From assembly GCA_004022145.1 (NCBI GenBank), contig RCNU01000004.1: 64,000 nucleotides of DNA; one strand, 5' to 3'. The number at the start of each line of letters is the position of its first letter. Positions within the stretch are counted from its first letter, which is position 1. The stretch comes from Paecilomyces variotii (lineage: Eukaryota). The notes below the pieces were generated by a model. It did not search any database. It saw only the letters and a program-made list of their open reading frames with translations, and had not been told where the DNA came from. The position numbers and the translations under genes are program-made. Positions 61,340 to 64,000 of the stretch are shown here, one piece after another.

Positions 61340-63112
61340 TTATTCAATTCCCCATAGTTTCACTGTTCGATCGTGTCCACAACTAGCGATCCATCTGGCG
61401 TCGTCGCTGACATCGACGCTGAGAACGTTGCCTGAGTGTCCACTCAGGGTCTTCACCAGGGACCAGTCATCGGCGCTGAAGATGTTGATGTTCTTGTCGA
61501 ACCCACTTGAAACGAAGAAAGTGCCCGACTTCTTCGGTTGTGGCGTAGCTTGGCGCTTTTCCTCTATCGTTGGAGGAGCAGGGCTGTCAATGTCCATGGC
61601 ACCGTTGGCTGCAGCAGATGGGAGATAGGAATCAGAAGACTCTGTCCCCTTGTACCACCGCAGGTCTGAGACGATGCTTTTGTGCGCTCCAAGACCGCCA
61701 ATATTCCTGACCTGTCTCAGGTCCCAACATTTGATCCATCCATCGCCTGAACCTGATAGAACCCTGTAGCCGTCTACCCCCCAATCGAGACCGAAGATCT
61801 CGCGAACATGACCCTCGAGAATCATCACAGTACGCCCGGTGCGCAGATCCCAAATACGACCGATACTGTCCAGACCACCACTAGCTAACAAGGAGCCGTC
61901 ATTGTTGAAAGCAACCGTGTAAACCTCACGGGAGTGACCTTCTTGTAACAGAAGCTCTGTAGTGGTTTCCACATCCCACAACCGCCAAGTAGTGTCGTAC
62001 GAGGCTGAGGCCACATACCGACCAGAGGGGTGGAATTCGACACGACAGACTCGCCCAGAATGGCCTTCCATGGTCGCAAGAGGCTGTGACTTGTCCAAAG
62101 ACCAGAGAGCAACATTTCCTTCTCCGCCTCCGGAAACGAGATTGACTGAAGATTCAGACACGTTCGAGCCAGGCAACGTAGCGCCGGGGAACCACGATAG
62201 TCCTCCAACGCGGTCGTTATGACCGCGGAAATGAGCCTTCTCTTCCAAATTGGGCACTGACAACAACCTGATTCCTCCGGCCCAATTTCCCGCCGCGATT
62301 GTTTGTCCATCCGGTGAAAATCGTGTGATACTGACGGGTCGCTCGCCAGCAATCTGTGAACCGTAGAGGTCGAAACCCTGAAGTTTCTCCTTGATGGCCT
62401 TGCGATGCTTGATATGCGTCCGTAGAGGAATAGTCGACTCTTCCCTTTGCCTAGCAACCCGAGCCTTTGCTCGTGGTAGCGAAAAGCGAGCGATGTCTTT
62501 CCGTGCTTCAAGTAGCGCATCTGTTCCCTCTGTATAGAATTCCTCTTGCTCATCGCCCTTCTCCATCTCTTCCGCCTCCGCGGTCACGCTTCGCATCTCG
62601 ACATCTCCCTCTTCCTGCCTGTCCGCAAGATCTGTCAAAAGCTCTCGCAACCGATCTCTCCTGTCACCCGGACCTTCTCCGAACAGTGTGATTGGTTCTC
62701 CGAGTTCTCTCAACCGTGCGCGGACTCGATTATCGTCGGTAGGAACGGCGATGGCGGCAGCTCTGCGTTTCCGCGAGAACTGCTCGAGAATAGCAGAAGC
62801 TTTTTCGGGGGCGATCCCCGCAGCGCCCGTAGGAAGGTCATAGTTGCGATCGACAGCTGTTTGAGCAGATTGGTTAGAAGCGCTTCATAGACAGCATTAT
62901 GGTTTGGTTGTGTACTTACGAACATTGGCCAGATCAATGCCGGTGTCTACTTCCTATCATCCAGCCACAGTCAGCTAACAGCCTTAGAGGATCGCGATAT
63001 AGGGGCTTAGAGACAATGGGAATAGCAATGGTAAGTGAGGGGAGAAATGGCACCAGTGGACTCTTACCTCTGCGGCCTCCTCTACATACGCCTGCCTCGC
63101 AGGGTGCATCAT
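61340..63112 (-). CDS. PRP4: U4/U6 snRNP WD40 protein Prp4
   Basis: [12 protein letters not shown] first exon; [37 protein letters not shown]4 motif; WD40 repeats including [10 protein letters not shown]. Confidence 0.93.
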
Positions 63113-64000
63113 CTTGGCGATCTGGAAACTGTCCACTGTACCCAAACTATGCGACACGTAGTCTGAATGCGTAGTAATGAGACTAGTTTCTGGTCTCTAG
63201 TGTCTCGATGCACCTGTTGAGGCGCGTTGTGCTGAGGAAGTTGGCGTCTGGTAGGGCGATGCCGAGCTCTGGAGCTTTTTCTCGGGTGGCCGAACTGTCG
63301 GCGGGATGCTTGGCTGGCGGAACGTCATGTCCGCGCTAAGCGGCTGAGTACACCAGCACTTTATGTATATACATGGGTAAACAACCTGACTATAATTGAT
63401 GGAAAAATCTCACGTACTGTAGTGCCCGTGTGCATCTCGATGTATTTATTTCGAAGGTCAAAATAGCACGACAGAAGACTACAACTTGCCCGAACAGGAA
63501 ATCGCAAATAACTTCAGCGTCGGCTGTGAAGTCCGATCGATCGAGCTATCCGGATCTCGCTTAGCGTTACTGAATGTGCTGATAGAAAGTCCGATAAGGG
63601 AAAAAACATCAAATTCCACTAGGGCGGAACATCCCTCCTTGTTGGGGTTCGTTGGGCTTGATTCTCTGCATCTCACCTCCTTCATAGTACATACTACATA
63701 CACACTCTCCACTCATTCCTCTGACAGGCTGTGCGCGCATTACTGGGGCTGGGAGTACTTACGGCAGCGGCCGGCCGTGTTCATCAAATGCTCTTACAGA
63801 CCAACGAGCTATCACTGCTGCCGCCGGAGGGTCTTGAATTGCATGGGTAGAGACCCTGCAGTTACGAGCACGGTCATTAAGTATAGCAGCCGATGATCGC
63901 GCCGACTCTCACCAGCAGAGCCTGCAGTGGCCTGCCCGCCTCTGCCGTCTCCAGCTTCTGGAGTATCGCAAGCGGCACATCCTCATCAACGTGGCTCGAT

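Noticed and set aside
1-64000. Starship captain, transposase, secondary-metabolite backbone gene, tRNA/rRNA or CRISPR array
   Set aside because: No tyrosine recombinase, DDE/RT, PKS/NRPS/terpene synthase motifs or regular repeat-spacer arrays seen; small RNA genes could be missed by eye.

Overview
Intron-containing filamentous ascomycete DNA (Eurotiales-like; the genus cannot be fixed from sequence alone) with about 18 intact-looking protein-coding genes, one pseudogene and one candidate microgene. Left part (2.3-22.4 kb): a transport/detoxification block with an MFS transporter, an SDR, a frameshifted 2OG-Fe(II) oxygenase, a Zn2Cys6 TF and a PDR-type ABC transporter that has a Tc1/mariner-type MITE in its promoter, followed by a divergent formate-oxidase-like GMC/catalase pair. 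Middle and right: conserved genes (RCL1, BNA1, CLIP-170/Bik1-like, ENV7, a Zn2Cys6 TF, a YOR1-like ABCC, JAC1, a BTB-like protein, an MAE1-type transporter, PRP4). The most striking element is an intronless head-to-head pair at 44.8-50.2 kb: a TPR-repeat + CHAT (caspase-like) protease and a fungal gasdermin-like (RCD-1/HET-Q1 family) protein with an acidic C-terminal tail, i.e. a candidate protease-activated cell-death/immunity module. Other oddities: a probable AT-AC intron, a splice acceptor reading AA instead of AG in the ABC gene, and repeated promoter motifs. All family calls come from motif recognition by eye; no database searches were run.
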